This document shows positions 27,497 through 40,300 of a stretch of 64,000 bases of DNA, one piece after another. Origin of the DNA: Octopus vulgaris (Eukaryota); NCBI GenBank assembly GCA_951406725.2, contig OX597820.1, positions 12,090,001 to 12,154,000 of the forward strand, given 5' to 3'. The notes under the pieces were generated by a model. That model saw only the letters and a program-made list of their open reading frames with translations, did no database searches and had not been told where the DNA came from. Each line of letters starts with the position of its first letter. Within the stretch, counting starts at the first letter, position 1. Position numbers and translations under genes: made by a program.

Positions 27497-27796
27497 ATGT
27501 GGCAAAAAAATAAATGAGATACTTACTCATACCTATGGAAGAAGCAAACACTAAGTCATGAGCACAATTAAGTACCCCAAATACATCCAAAATAGAAATA
27601 CACCAGCCCATTCGAGACACGTGCGATTTGAACTAATGCTCTCACAGAGTGAAAGAGTCCGGAAGTGAACGCTTAAATTTATATCTAATGTAGGATAAAA
27701 TTTTTTTTTTTTCGAAAAAAATTATTTTCAAAAAAAAATTTTATCAATGGCCAGCATATTAAAAAATACCTTTAAAGGTTTATATATACATACACA

Positions 27797-27854
<58 letters not shown>

Positions 27855-27864
27855 AATATAAATG

Positions 27865-27903
<39 letters not shown>

Positions 27904-28004
27904 CCATACACATACATATATATATACACATACATACATGTATATATTTACATATATATACACATACATACATATTTATATATATAGATATATACATATA
28001 TATA

Positions 28005-28562
28005 TGGTGGCTGCCCCCTCGTTATCGAGTATGGCCATTGCACGAAGCTTAATCAATGCTGTTATCGTGCAATGCTTGTGCAAGAAGATTTTTTTTAAGT
28101 GAGGAAAGGCTGTGCACTGAGTCAATCCCACTCACTAAGCAACAGCAGCCATAATCCGAAAAGAAGAACAAGTCAACATCATCGGTAACCACTGAGCCGC
28201 AGGTTTTATGTCGGAGTTATCCCAGTTATCTGAGTTACCTTCTCCTAGAAGAATGCCCTAACAATTGCTAGGAGTCCTTCACTCCCAATGGTTTAACCGC
28301 GCGATCGGGTATTCAGTCCGATTATGCCTATGTCCCCGCGCATGATACAGCCTTACGACATTTATTGGATGTCCGTTGACTCTCATCTCAAGAGTTCCTC
28401 CGACCTTTGACGGGTTTTGTTTTTCATCTCGCAGGGTGTCCAATAAACACCCTCCTCATCAAGTAAGCTTGGTGGGGTTGCCGGTTTAGTCGCCGACGAC
28501 CCGACCATGCAACAGGTTGTACTGGGTTACATGTTACCAGTAGCACTCGTAAGTGACCTGAC
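28005..28562 (-). mobile_element. RTE-related non-autonomous element in (TA)n
   Basis: GC-richer island bounded by (TA)n; contains gagttaccttctcctag, the reverse complement of a motif typical of RTE 5' UTRs and RTE-derived SINEs. Confidence 0.45.
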
Positions 28563-28701
28563 ATATATATATATAGATAGATATATACATACATATAGAT
28601 ACATATATATATATAGATAGATAGATACATATATACATGCATACATATATATATATACATACATATATATATACATACATATATACATACATACATTAAT
28701 G

Positions 28702-28767
<66 letters not shown>

Positions 28768-28769
28768 TA

Positions 28770-29048
28770 TAGCTACATCATGATAGATCGCTAGCCACTA
28801 CACATTCTTTATTTTCTTTCCTTGTTTCTTTCTGTGGAAGTGCGTAGGCTAGAAACGTTAGAGACTTTTTCACTTCCCGAGCGTTATACTCATACATCCA
28901 TTTGTTGTCTACACCACCTGTCTCCATGAAAGAGGCATTTGTGAGGTGAATTTTTGTGATTTTGTTTTCTAGCAAAAACTGTCCGATGAACGGCAACGGG
29001 AAACTCAGAGTAACTGGTTTTGTTGAATTTTCTGCTGCTTTAAATAAA

Positions 29049-29050
<2 letters not shown>
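28770..29050 (+). mobile_element. Short (TA)n-embedded PLE-like element with a degenerate hammerhead at 28828-28864
   Basis: cttt-CTGTGGA-agtgcgtaggcta-GAAACGTT-agag; layout parallels 50581-50722. Confidence 0.5.
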
Positions 29051-29120
<70 letters not shown>

Positions 29121-29121
<1 letters not shown>

Positions 29122-29272
29122 CCGAATTCTCTTTTTTGCTCGGGGGATACGTTCCAGAAACTAACGTGGAAAATAAAACCGTATAAAAAATTATACAGTG
29201 TACATATGAAAATTAGAGATAGGTTCCATCCCAATATATTTAATAAAAAAATGTTAATTTTCATATACATAT

Positions 29273-29306
<34 letters not shown>

Positions 29307-29960
29307 ACAATCATTCAGTGTCACTACCACACAGTAAACATGCCCACTTTCTGTTGTTTTTCGGTGGCGCAAAATCACTCTCGTCACTGGAAATATTATG
29401 TGTATCTTTAATAAAATTAATATCTTGTGTTTTTTTGTCTCACTGTTTTTGAATACGAATTCGGTTATCAGACGCTGTGATTTTGCTTTTGTTAATTCTT
29501 TATATGATTCTTCATAACGTGCCATAATCATTTTCAAATCACGTTTTGGAATTGCACAGCTCGTTCAACATTGTTATCATTTGTAAGAAATGATCTCCAA
29601 GTTTATTGGCTACTTGGAGGTCTTCTAGAATTGTACTTGCAGATAGTGGAACCACTTCTTCATCGTCACTGCTATAAACTAACGTGGAATCATATACATT
29701 CTCTGAAATACTCTCTATAATTTGTTCTTCATTAGGAGCTTCGTCAATTGTTAATTCTGCAATATCATCAATTGTTAATTCTTCAAAACCTTCTCTGCCA
29801 ATCTGATGTGATAAAGTAATGATATCAGAATGTAATTCGTTCGTATTTATATTAAATACGAGATTTTTAGGCTTCACACATTCTGACCTAAGTGATCTCC
29901 AGCATGCATTTAGTGTGGATGGCTTTAATTTGGATAAGGCCAAGGCAGCATATTTAACAT
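29121..29960 (-). mobile_element. Tigger/pogo transposase C-terminal relic
   Basis: ORF 29539-29943 contains TLNACWRSLRSECV...QIGREGFEEL..DDIAEL, typical of TIGD/Tigger C-termini. Confidence 0.7.
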
Positions 29961-30095
29961 CTTTCTGTCAACCAAATCCACTCACAAGGCTTTGGTCGGC
30001 ATGAAGTTATACTAGAAGACACTTGCCTAAAGTGCCACGCAGTGGGACTAAACCCGGTGGTAAGCAAGCTACTTATCACACTCCCACTCCTGCGG

Positions 30096-30144
<49 letters not shown>

Positions 30145-30234
30145 TATAAATAAATATCTATAAATATGAACCATCCGATCTGATTACCTCATTTTTTCTA
30201 ATATATAATACCTGTACATCATCTCCAAACCTTC

Positions 30235-30304
<70 letters not shown>

Positions 30305-30772
30305 ATACATATATATATTTCATATATAACAATACAAATGTAGAGATTAACAAATGAAACAATGAAAGCCTATCGTATAGCTCGTTATGTGTATTATATA
30401 TATACAACTCTTACCTTTTATCATTTACTTGTTTTAGTCATTAGACTGTTGCCAACTTGGGTACCCCCTTGAAGAATTTCTAGCAGAAAGAATCGACCCC
30501 AGTACTTTTTGTTGTTGTATTCTCTCGATGTTTATGTCGAACGGCCAAGTTACGGAGACGTGAACACATCAACACCGGTGGCCAAGTAGTGATGGGGACA
30601 AACACAGGTACAAAGACAGACACACACTCGATCGGCTTCTTTCAGTTTCCATCTACCAAATCCACTTATAATGCTTAGGTCGGTTCTAGGCCTTAGTAGC
30701 CGACACCTACCCAAGGCGGGACTGAACCTGGATCTATGTGATTTGGAAGCAAGTTTCTTACCGCACAGCCAC
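29960..30772 (-). mobile_element. SINE family A head (29960-30098) and degenerate full copy (30410-30772)
   Basis: Homology to 43838-44280. Confidence 0.75.
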
Positions 30773-31126
30773 AGATATATAGATATATGTAGATATTTAT
30801 ACACCTGTCATCCACCCTCCTTCCCTCCTAGATGGCTTGTGTCTTTCGTATTACTTCTCGGAGCTTAAAAAGCTATATATTTCATCAGGCAAAAATGTTT
30901 ATTCTGATGTAAGGGGTTTTAACATAACTTATAGTGTTTTCTTGGATATTTACAATCCAAACATTTTAGAATAAATATCGTTGTCTGATGAAACCTATAT
31001 GAAACGAAACTATATACCAACACAGGAGATGCCTCATCACTTACTATGTGAATATATATATGAAATTTTTGCGTAATGAGATAAAAAACCAAGGATGTAT
31101 AGATATTAGAGCATTTATAGATAGAA

Positions 31127-31180
31127 GGTCTTACAGCTGTTTCTAGAATATTAATTAATAATATCCCTTCATCGGAGACG
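31127..31180 (-). ncRNA. Minimal type I hammerhead motif with a core mutation
   Basis: Minus strand: gtct-CCGATGA-agggatatta..taatattcta-GAAAC-AGCT-GTA-agac; palindromic stem III ACAGCTGT. Confidence 0.7.
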
Positions 31181-31357
31181 GTATGAGAAGAAAAATTAAG
31201 TCATATTTAGTTTCGATGTGATACAAATAGAGAGGGAGGTGGAGGAAAGAAAACAGATGCAAGATATGTATGGTTATTGAGTTCATAAATCCGTTTTATA
31301 GGCATAATGGTATATATGTGTAATATTCCAATATCCTTTGAGTAGAATCCAAAAGTC

Positions 31358-31427
<70 letters not shown>

Positions 31428-31634
31428 TTGAAGTAGATAAATGAATTATCTTATTACGGATAATTCAAATGATAACCGATACCTGGGTAGCAAAAATCAC
31501 AACAGAAAAAGCACGGTTGAGGTTACGACCATGGGGCCTAAAATCCGTGCCTTAGTGCGGAAATTTGAAGTTTTATATATTTAGTGTAGGAAGAAATGGA
31601 GCTGAACGAAGATTTAACAAAATTCATTTTTATT

Positions 31635-31720
31635 ATTTTCTACATATGTTTCAAAGGCTGCAAAGTCCCTAATTCGGATTGAATAAGGAGTCCATTTTGC
31701 AGCCTTCTCTTCAGGAAAAT
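31635..31720 (-). ncRNA. Type I hammerhead ribozyme, intact motif, in the PLE 3' region
   Basis: Minus strand: attttc-CTGAAGA-gaaggctgcaaa...tttgcagccttt-GAAAC-ATAT-GTA-gaaaat. Confidence 0.85.
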
Positions 31721-32302
31721 CCAGGAACTTAATTCTCCAACAAAATGCACAGCAAGCTTTTCGACAAACGCTCACGAGGAGCCCATGGAATAAATGGCAC
31801 AAACTGTCTATCTATATGCGTTGACGCCAGGCTGGGTGAAAGCAGACGAGAAGGTCCGTTGAGATAGTTCAAGGTCAGAATCCGGTTAGCAGGAAAATCA
31901 AAGAGTACGAATGTATTCTGTATGACTGGTGTTTATATTTGAATTATTTTAAGAATGAGTGCTAGAGTGTTTGAGTGTGAGAAGTTGCTTTCATGTATGC
32001 GTGTGTGCGTCTATGTATGTGTGGCAGTGTGTTTCGAAGGCAGCAAGATAGAGAGATATAGCAGGTATTAATGGTCAAGCAACAGAAAAGACTGTGTCTG
32101 TGTGTTCGTATGTAACCACTTGATAGAGAGAGGGGGGTGTCCACAATGGTCATGGCAGGATACAGTGCTGCTGTCAGGGATGTCAGCAGTTCTAGACAAC
32201 TAGCAGTTCTTATATTAACAGGGAAGGGATATCCCCTTACAAATTTTATTCAACTTTTTTTTCAATTTTCTTAGGAAATCAAGTGGTTATCTATATTAGA
32301 CT

Positions 32303-33851
32303 TCATTGGTATGAGAGAAATGTATGCCGTTTCCAGTGGGGGCATCTGAAAGAATTTTGCACAATCGAGTTAACAAGGTGCCCTCGGGCGAACAGAATAT
32401 GAAAGAGTTCCGAGTTACAAAGAGCACAGATTTTTTTGCCCTTATCAAACGGTAAAGACACCGATAAAATTGACCATTCCAGTCTAAAAGTTGAATTCGC
32501 GTTCTTCAAACGCCAGACTAATTTGCTTAGCCCCGAAGCGTGTTGCTTTTCCTTATCACGGAACGTGGAAAAATGGTTCGATATTCTAATGGCCAATTTC
32601 GATGATGACGCTCCGATATAAATGTAGACATCTGAATCAGTATAAACTCTGCACTGGTAAATGGCGTTTCTAATCTTGGAGTTACTAGATAAGAACCTTA
32701 ATCTAATGGGATTGGTTTCCGATATTAATACAGCGTTCTTATTACTATGATGATTGTAAAACCTACCGCTGGATTCGATATTATTCACCCCATTATCATT
32801 ACTATTTAAAGCAATATCGCCTGCATATTCCCTGTTACTGTGAATGCTATGATTGATAATGTCCGTAATACTACTGTTGTTAAAACCGCTGCTAATATTA
32901 TTGTTGGGACTCCCTACGTTAATGACGAGATCAGTGCTCTTATCCTTATTACCATTACTTACTCCCCCTACGTTAATGACGAGATCAGTGCTCTTATCCT
33001 TATTACTATTACTAACTCCAATGTTGGTATGGAGGTTGTTAATATCTGTGCCAGTTCTATTATTATTATTATTATTATTACTGCGCGTTATGTTGGCATT
33101 TGACGGAGCAGAGTCTCCGCTCATGGGTGAGAGGGCCTTATATAACAGCTTATTGTTATGGGAGGAAATTATCTGTGAAATATTTTTAGTATTGGAGAAG
33201 GCTATCTTAACTTTGTGCGAATTTACAGTGGAGTAATATCTCGAATTTCTGGGAAAATTTCTGGCAATTGCTTGGCGAAACTGCAACGGTAGGTTAGATC
33301 TTATTTGTTTACCAAAGGGAATTACAAACCAAATACAGTTTTTCCTGTTCTTGTACTGGCTCGGAGAGTCAACTCTAACATTAAGGTGGGTATCTCTGGG
33401 TTGAATAATGGGTTTTGGCCTACGATGGCCTCTCCTGGACCGCAAATTATTTATGTTATCTATATTTATGCTAGTTGTACTTGTATCGACATTCCTCAGG
33501 CTACCATCACTACTTATATTATTTATGCTATTGTAACTTGACTTATCCTGATGATAGAATGCTGGTTTCGGAAGGGCCGGGTCTATATATGCTACCTTCT
33601 CCCTATAACCGGCTTTTGACAGGGCGGCATTATAAAATTCCGCTTTCTGCCTAAAAATGTCGACGTTGGCAGATAAATTTGTTAATCTTTGAGAAATATT
33701 TTTAACTAAATTGTCTGTTATAGTTTTTGCGTGGTTAGAGAAAACACTGACATACTTTAGGTTAGTGGAAGGTTTGTGGTAGGGGCAGTAAGAATCGCTA
33801 TGCAGGTTTAGTGTGACATCTAAGAAATTTGCCTTGGTAAGTTCGTTATCA
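32303..33851 (-). CDS. Partial PLE ORF: reverse transcriptase thumb, Asn-rich linker, C-terminal GIY-YIG endonuclease
   Basis: NFLDVTL..Y.PYHKP..SNH (RT end); IWFVIPF..KIAFS..ISSHNNKLL; AIY..YIG..R..NH..F; LSKLVWRLK; CALC; E..N; CPH. The first ~29 aa of the listed 544-aa ORF are antisense read-in from the inverted arm. Confidence 0.85.
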
Positions 33852-34550
33852 AACTCTTTCATATTCTGTTCGCCCGAGGGCACCTTGTTAACTCGATTGT
33901 GAAAAATACTTTCAGATGCCCCCACTGGAAACGGCATACATTTCTCTCATACTAATGAAGTCTAATATAGATTACCACTTGATTTCCTAAGAAAATTGAA
34001 AAAAAGTTGAATAAAATTTGTAAGGGGATATCCCTTCCCTGTTAGTATAAGAACTGCTAGTTGTCTAGAACTGCTGACATCCCTGACAGCAGCACTGTAT
34101 CCTGCCATGACCATTGTGGACACCCCCTCTCTCTATCAAGTGGTTACATACGAACACACAGACACAGTCTTTTCTGTTGCTTGACCATTAATACCTGCTA
34201 TATCTCTCTATCTTGCTGCCTTCGAAACACACTGCCACACATACATAGACGCACACACACATACATGAAAGCAATTTCTCACACTCAAACACTCTAGCAC
34301 TCATTCTTAAAATAATTCAAATATAAACACCAGTCATACAGAATACATTCGCACTCTTTGATTTTCCTGTACCCCCTTCTGCTAACCGGATTCTGACCTT
34401 GAACTATCTCAACGGACATTCTCGTATGCTTTCACCCAGCCTGGCATCAACGCATATAGATAGACAGTTTGTGCCATTTATTCCATGGGCTCCTCGTGAG
34501 CGTTTGTCGAAAAGCTTGCTGTGCATTTTGTTGGAGAATTAAGTTCCTGG

Positions 34551-34636
34551 ATTTTCCTGAAGAGAAGGCTGCAAAATGGACTCCTTATTCAATCCGAATT
34601 AGGGACTTTGCTGCCTTTGAAACATAAGTAGAAAAT
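34551..34636 (+). ncRNA. Type I hammerhead ribozyme, copy in the inverted arm
   Basis: attttc-CTGAAGA-gaaggctgcaaa...tttgctgccttt-GAAAC-ATAA-GTA-gaaaat; two substitutions relative to the left copy. Confidence 0.8.
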
Positions 34637-34710
34637 AATAAAAATGAATTTTGTTAAATCTTCGTTCAGCTCCATTTCTTCCTACACTAAATATATATAT
34701 ATATATATTT

Positions 34711-35120
34711 ACTCTTTTACTCTTTTACTTGTTTCAGTCATTTGACTGCGGCCATGCTGGAGCACCAGCTTTTAATCGAGCAATTCAACCCCGGGACTTA
34801 TTCTTTTTTTTTTGTAAGCCCAGTATTTATTCTATCGGTCTCTTTTCCCGAACCGCTAAGTGACGGGGACATAAACACACCAGCATCGGTTGTCAAGCGA
34901 TGCTAGGGGGACAAACACAGACTAAAAAAACACACACGCATATATATATATATACATATATACGACGGGCTTCTTTCAGTTTCCGTCTACCAAATCCACT
35001 CACAAGGCTTTGGTCGGCCCGAGGCTATAGTAGAAGACACTTGCCGAAGGTGCCACGCAGTGGGACTGAACCCGGAACCATGTGGTTGGTAGACAAGCTA
35101 CTTACCACACAGCCACTCCT

Positions 35121-35124
<4 letters not shown>
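34711..35124 (-). mobile_element. Full-length SINE family A
   Basis: Close reverse complement of 43838-44280. Confidence 0.9.
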
Positions 35125-35219
<95 letters not shown>

Positions 35220-36285
35220 CATTTATATATGCATATATTTCAATTACATATGTGTGTGGTTTTAGAAAATATGAATTCTACACAAATGTAAGAGAATAAA
35301 AATGATTACAACTTAATTAGGTTAGTGTATTTAAACTAATATGATTGATATAAACAAACACGCGCATTGTAGCACAACAGTTTCAATATCATAAAACGTA
35401 AAATAAGTAAATTGAAAAAACAGAAAACAAAATAAAAAGGGACATGAAAAACGAATTTACAACAAAACCGAGTCTATACCAGTCGAAACCTGCTGTTGAC
35501 AGAATATACATGTGCCGTATATAGACAAAGAACAAACGTAGGACGAAATTTATTTCTAAAAAACACATCACATAGTTAACAAGGAGAAATTGTATAAGTG
35601 GCGAACCTAAGAAATTATTTTTCTATAAATAAGGAAGTCATATATTATAAATACTGAAAATGACCCGAACCCCATACTAAAAGTAAAACATCTGAAGCAG
35701 CAAAATAAATAACAAATACCATCTGTACATTGTGGTACACTTTTTGATGTAGAAAAGCTGAATCGGTCAGAGCTCTGTGTCTGAGCAAGAAAACAGCGTA
35801 GCACATATAAAATGATTTCTAATTTAGGTTCAAGGCTAGTAATTTAGTGGAAGAGAAACAGTCGGTTATATTATTTGGCCACTTTTCTATCGATCCCAAA
35901 AGGTTGAAATCGTTTTTGAGTAGCTTTTATGGGAGTCGAACTATTGTCAGAATTGTGAGTTAAAATATTCGAGGAAACATCAAGCAAGAAATTTGATGCA
36001 CATGAATGTCTCGATGTGGGAGTCATGGGCTGATAGGCGATAGGAGGATGTATGATAGAATGCTGAAAGGATTCCATTTTTGGAAAGTGAGTAAAACTTG
36101 GTAAATGCTGGCTTACGAGATGAGTAATAGATGATGAATTTGAGTAGAGTTGGTGTCAGTGAGAGGTACAAGTAAGAATACTGGTGCAGTAAAGTCAAAA
36201 TGGTAAATGATTCGGCTCTAAGAGACCAAAACTTGTACACTGAAATTTTGTACTTTAGAGTCAGAAAAAATGATGGCATTAGGAA

Positions 36286-37095
36286 GGTAAGTAGCTTGCT
36301 AACCAACCACATGGTTCCGGGTTCAGTCCCACTGCGTGGCATCTTGGGCAAGTGTCTTCTGCTATAGACCCGGGCCAACCAATGCCTTGTGAGTGGATTT
36401 GGTAGACGGAAACTGAAAGAAACCTGTCGTATATATGTATATATATATATATATGTGTGCGTATGTGTTTGCGTGTCTGTGTTTGTTCCCCCAGCATTGC
36501 TTGACAACCGATGCTGGTGTGTTTATGTCCCCGTCACTTAGCGGTTCGGCAAAAGAGACTGATATAATAAGTACTGGGCTTACAAAGAATAGGTCCCGGG
36601 GTCGATTTGCTTGACTAAAGGTGGTGCTCCAGCATGGCCGCAGTCAAATGACTCAAACAAGTAAAAGAGAGTAAAAGAGAGATAGATAAATTGTAGGCGC
36701 AGGAGTGGCTGTGTGGTAAGTAGCTTGCTTACCAATCACATGGTCCCGGGTTTAGTCCCACTGCGTGGCACCTTGGGCAAGTGTCTTCTACTATAGCCTC
36801 GGGCCGACTAAAGCCTTGTGAGTGGATTTGGTTGACGGAAGCTGAAAGAAGCCCATCGTGTATATGTATATGTATATATATGTGTGTGTGTTTGTGTGTC
36901 TGTTTGTCCCCCCCCACATCGCTTCACAACCGATGCTGGTGTGTTTATATCTCCGTAACTTCGGCAAAAAAGACTGATAGAACAAGTACTACGCTTACAA
37001 AGAATAAGTTCTGGAGTCGATTTCCTCGTCTAATGGTGGTGCTCCAGTATGGCCGCAGTCAAATGACTGAAACAAGTAAAAGAAAAAATAAAAGA
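36286..37095 (+). mobile_element. Two tandem SINE family A copies
   Basis: 36286-36680 and 36696-37095. Confidence 0.9.
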
Positions 37096-37979
37096 AAAAA
37101 GAAATATAAACAGGCTGATAGATAGATAGTTAAAGAGAGAAAGAGAGAAGAAATTTGAGTTTATGTAACACGATCCCAGAGTTAGTTATGTGTGTGTGCA
37201 TGTGGAGTGGGGAGAAGGGTAGACTTTTACATTTTTCAGACAAGTCTGTTGGTGTCCTTTAGTCTTTGTCTGGTCCCAACCGTTAAAAATAGATAGGATA
37301 GTACTACTGTGACGAGAGGCTTCCGAGTGATTTAGTCCCTGCCATTGTTGCTGTTGCTTCGGAAAACTCGTATTGTCTTCGTAAATTGTCTCTGGGAGGA
37401 GTTCTCGGATCTCGAGCTTAGTAACTTGCAATGAGAACGGAATGAGTTCAGAGTTGCGCCTTGGGATCAGAAACCATGAAATTTTGTTGCTGTCGTTGTT
37501 TTAGCCCAGTTAGATCTTCTGTGTAGAAAGGCTTTCAACACCACATATATAACCGTTTGGTTTTCTTCCCAGGATGCTGAGTTTTCAAGTTTTCTTCTTA
37601 GTATCCTTTACATGCCAACGCTCTGGTATCACATTTGTGGTCATAAAAGGGGGAAGTCTGTTCATGCTGAAACTATCTAACCACATATCCTTGAATATTA
37701 TCTCGATATTGGCTACCGACTCAAAACTTTTCATGATAATGATTACAAGCCAGGGGTTGATGTCCTTATCTTTACAACTTGGTACAGTTACCTAAATGAT
37801 AACTTACAGGGAAACAACAAAAATTATATCTCCAAAGAATGAAGAACCTAATTAGCGACCCCTAATTTGTATTTCGTTAATTCAGAAATTACTCAAAAAA
37901 TATTATAAATCATAGTTGAACATATACGAAATTAGAATTTAATTCCTTTAGAGTAAAAGACGTATGTAGTTAAACCATA

Positions 37980-38120
37980 AGGAACAATCAGCTACTTATT
38001 AACAAGTTCATGCTAGATAATATGAAAAAATTTGAGACAAATCTGTTATGTGCATTGATTGGTTATAAGAATGCCTTTAATTTAGTCCCACTCATACTTG
38101 ATGAAGTTTCTTGAGATATT
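37980..38120 (+). pseudogene. Small RT fragment of an R4/Dong-like LINE
   Basis: QLLINKFMLDN..NLLCALIGYKNAFNLVP resembles 'DQLLID..NL..AWIDYKKAFDSVPH'. Confidence 0.5.
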
Positions 38121-40045
38121 GCTAAGTGATAATGTACCTGCACTTTGTTATTTGTTTGCTGCTCATGAATTGACTAAGGGATCAGACCATTTTGTGATTG
38201 TACAAAAGAGCACACTTTCGTGGATGCCTGAAATATAATGTGAAGAAAGTTTGTTAATCATTCACCATTCAACAAGTTTCTAACCTCCAATTGAATTTTA
38301 TTCTGCAAGAGATAAACAGCAAAACAGTCATCCAAATGACGCATCTTAAGACAATAACGAACAATCAATCGAAAACGGTAATAACAACTGGCTGGGCTCG
38401 TGAACGTTCCACGTTTTATAAATGTTTTTATTTTCATTTTGATGCATAAATTCATAGATATGTATAATATTGTTCCATTATCATATAAAAAATGTTTCGG
38501 TTATATCTTCGATTCTTTTCCAGAGTTAATGCTGATAAATGTGGAATACTCGAACTCACATTGTGACAAGCATTTGCAAAATATGCAAATTTCTAAAATT
38601 TCTCTTATATCTAGTGATTCATAATACTGGATCAGTATTTAATTTAGTGCCTCAGAAAGGGAAATAGCATAGTTCTTAATTTATTCTCATCTCAGCACTT
38701 GAATGACACTTCTTTTATTAACCTTACACTGATGAAACGCAAAGTGAATTCTGGTAAGAAGCCAAATCAGAATTTAAGGGAAAGTAACTATTTCTAAACT
38801 ATTTCTAAAATTATAATTTGGTCTAGCGGTTCATTAGAAGTTCATTAGTTATGAGTGCAAGTATGATAGAAAGATTAGGAAGTTCGCTTTCCAATAACAT
38901 GGTCCTAGTTTTGTTAAATACCATCCAACATTCTGTAAGATTTTGACCATATAAGAGCAAAGTTAATAATGATAACCATGGCAGGTGCCATTCTCTTCAC
39001 CTATACCATTATCTGAAACTATATTCATCGCGTTCCTCCAAGATAAGAATTACCTTTATGGCAAAATACATACATAAGAAAATATATTTTTGTAATGAGA
39101 TTGTAATATATGAATACATTTGGTATAAATATAAAAGTAGAGCGACGGCAAATCGTTTGATTCACCGCTTTAATTTTTTTCCTAATTTCTCAGGCTATAA
39201 ACGATCTAACTGTTTCAGACATTGGGAGCGTGACATTTGTCACGCTCCTGATAAAGACCTATTAGTAGCATTATCCGTTTGCCTTTCTTCCGCTAATGAT
39301 TATTCCTCCTTCAGTTCCTTTTATCTTATGATGAAGAATATTAAATTTGAAATCACGTTTTCACGTACTACATCATAAAATAAGTTTTATTACTATATAG
39401 GCCCATTAAAAACACCTTTTATTTTTATCATTTCGGTGTGAATCTAAATTTCGCCATATTAAAGCGTGGATTTTATTCTTTAATTACTGATTGGCAAATA
39501 TACCTGCCAACTTGAAAATAAAGCGCACTTTTAGCATACTAGAAAGTCATTTCCAATGTAATATTTTCCAGTGTTCATCAAATTTGTTGTTGAATCAATT
39601 GATTATTTTTGACACATCAAAGAACTATTCTTGTTAACCAGTTTCACTTTGTAGTGATAGTTTGTATATAAATGCTTTACCGTCTTGTTAGGTGCTGCAG
39701 CATATATCTATTTATCATTCGTCAATGATTACTCGTGAATGTCTCCTTCGATTTATCAGTGAAGGCAAACTAAACATTTCCTGTTCGGTACGATATTAAA
39801 ATCACAATCAAACTTAGTGTCTTTGACATGCATATTTTCAGAACAATCTGACGAAATATGTTCCTCAAATGATGTAACTAAATTTTACGTCTTATTTTAG
39901 TATATTCTTAAAATGTATTCAAAATGGTGTTTAAGTTGATTATTACAAATATTATTTTAATTCTTTTCAAGAATATGCCTACTCTCTTTATCAAATAAAA
40001 AAGAAAATACCACTTTAATTGCTTTAGGTTTATATATAAAAAAAT

Positions 40046-40300
40046 AATAAATGCGCCCTTTTTAAAGCCTAGTCTGGCTCATGGGCCCGGTTTCCCGGTT
40101 TCCGTGGTGTATGTGCTCCTCAGCTGGATGGGACGCCAGTCCATCGCAGCGTTACTCATTATTGCTAGCTGAGTGGACTGGAGCAACGTGAAATGAAGTG
40201 TTTTACTCAAGAACACAACGCGTCGCCCGGTCCAGGAATCAAAACCACAATCTTACGATCATGATGCTGACACCCTAACCACTAAGCCATGCGCCTCCAC
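40046..40300 (-). mobile_element. tRNA-derived SINE family D
   Basis: Minus-strand head gtggaggcgcatggcttagtggttaggg...ttcctggacc; body contains ctgcgatggactggcgtcccatccag, reminiscent of V-SINE 3' sequence. Confidence 0.75.

Larger units (their letters stand above)
31422..34696 (-). mobile_element. 5'-truncated Penelope-like retroelement (Hydra-clade-like) with an inverted pseudo-LTR, inserted in (TA)n
   Basis: 31575-32409 is the reverse complement of 33852-34696; RT-thumb/GIY-YIG ORF; hammerhead in both arms; (TA)n at both ends. Confidence 0.9.

Noticed and set aside
30840-31022. CTGATGA...GAAA motifs at ~30885 (-) and 30985 (+)
   Set aside because: Stem II/III do not pair convincingly; at best heavily decayed hammerheads.
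33852-33937. N-terminus of the 544-aa ORF
   Set aside because: Antisense of the inverted arm, not a native start.
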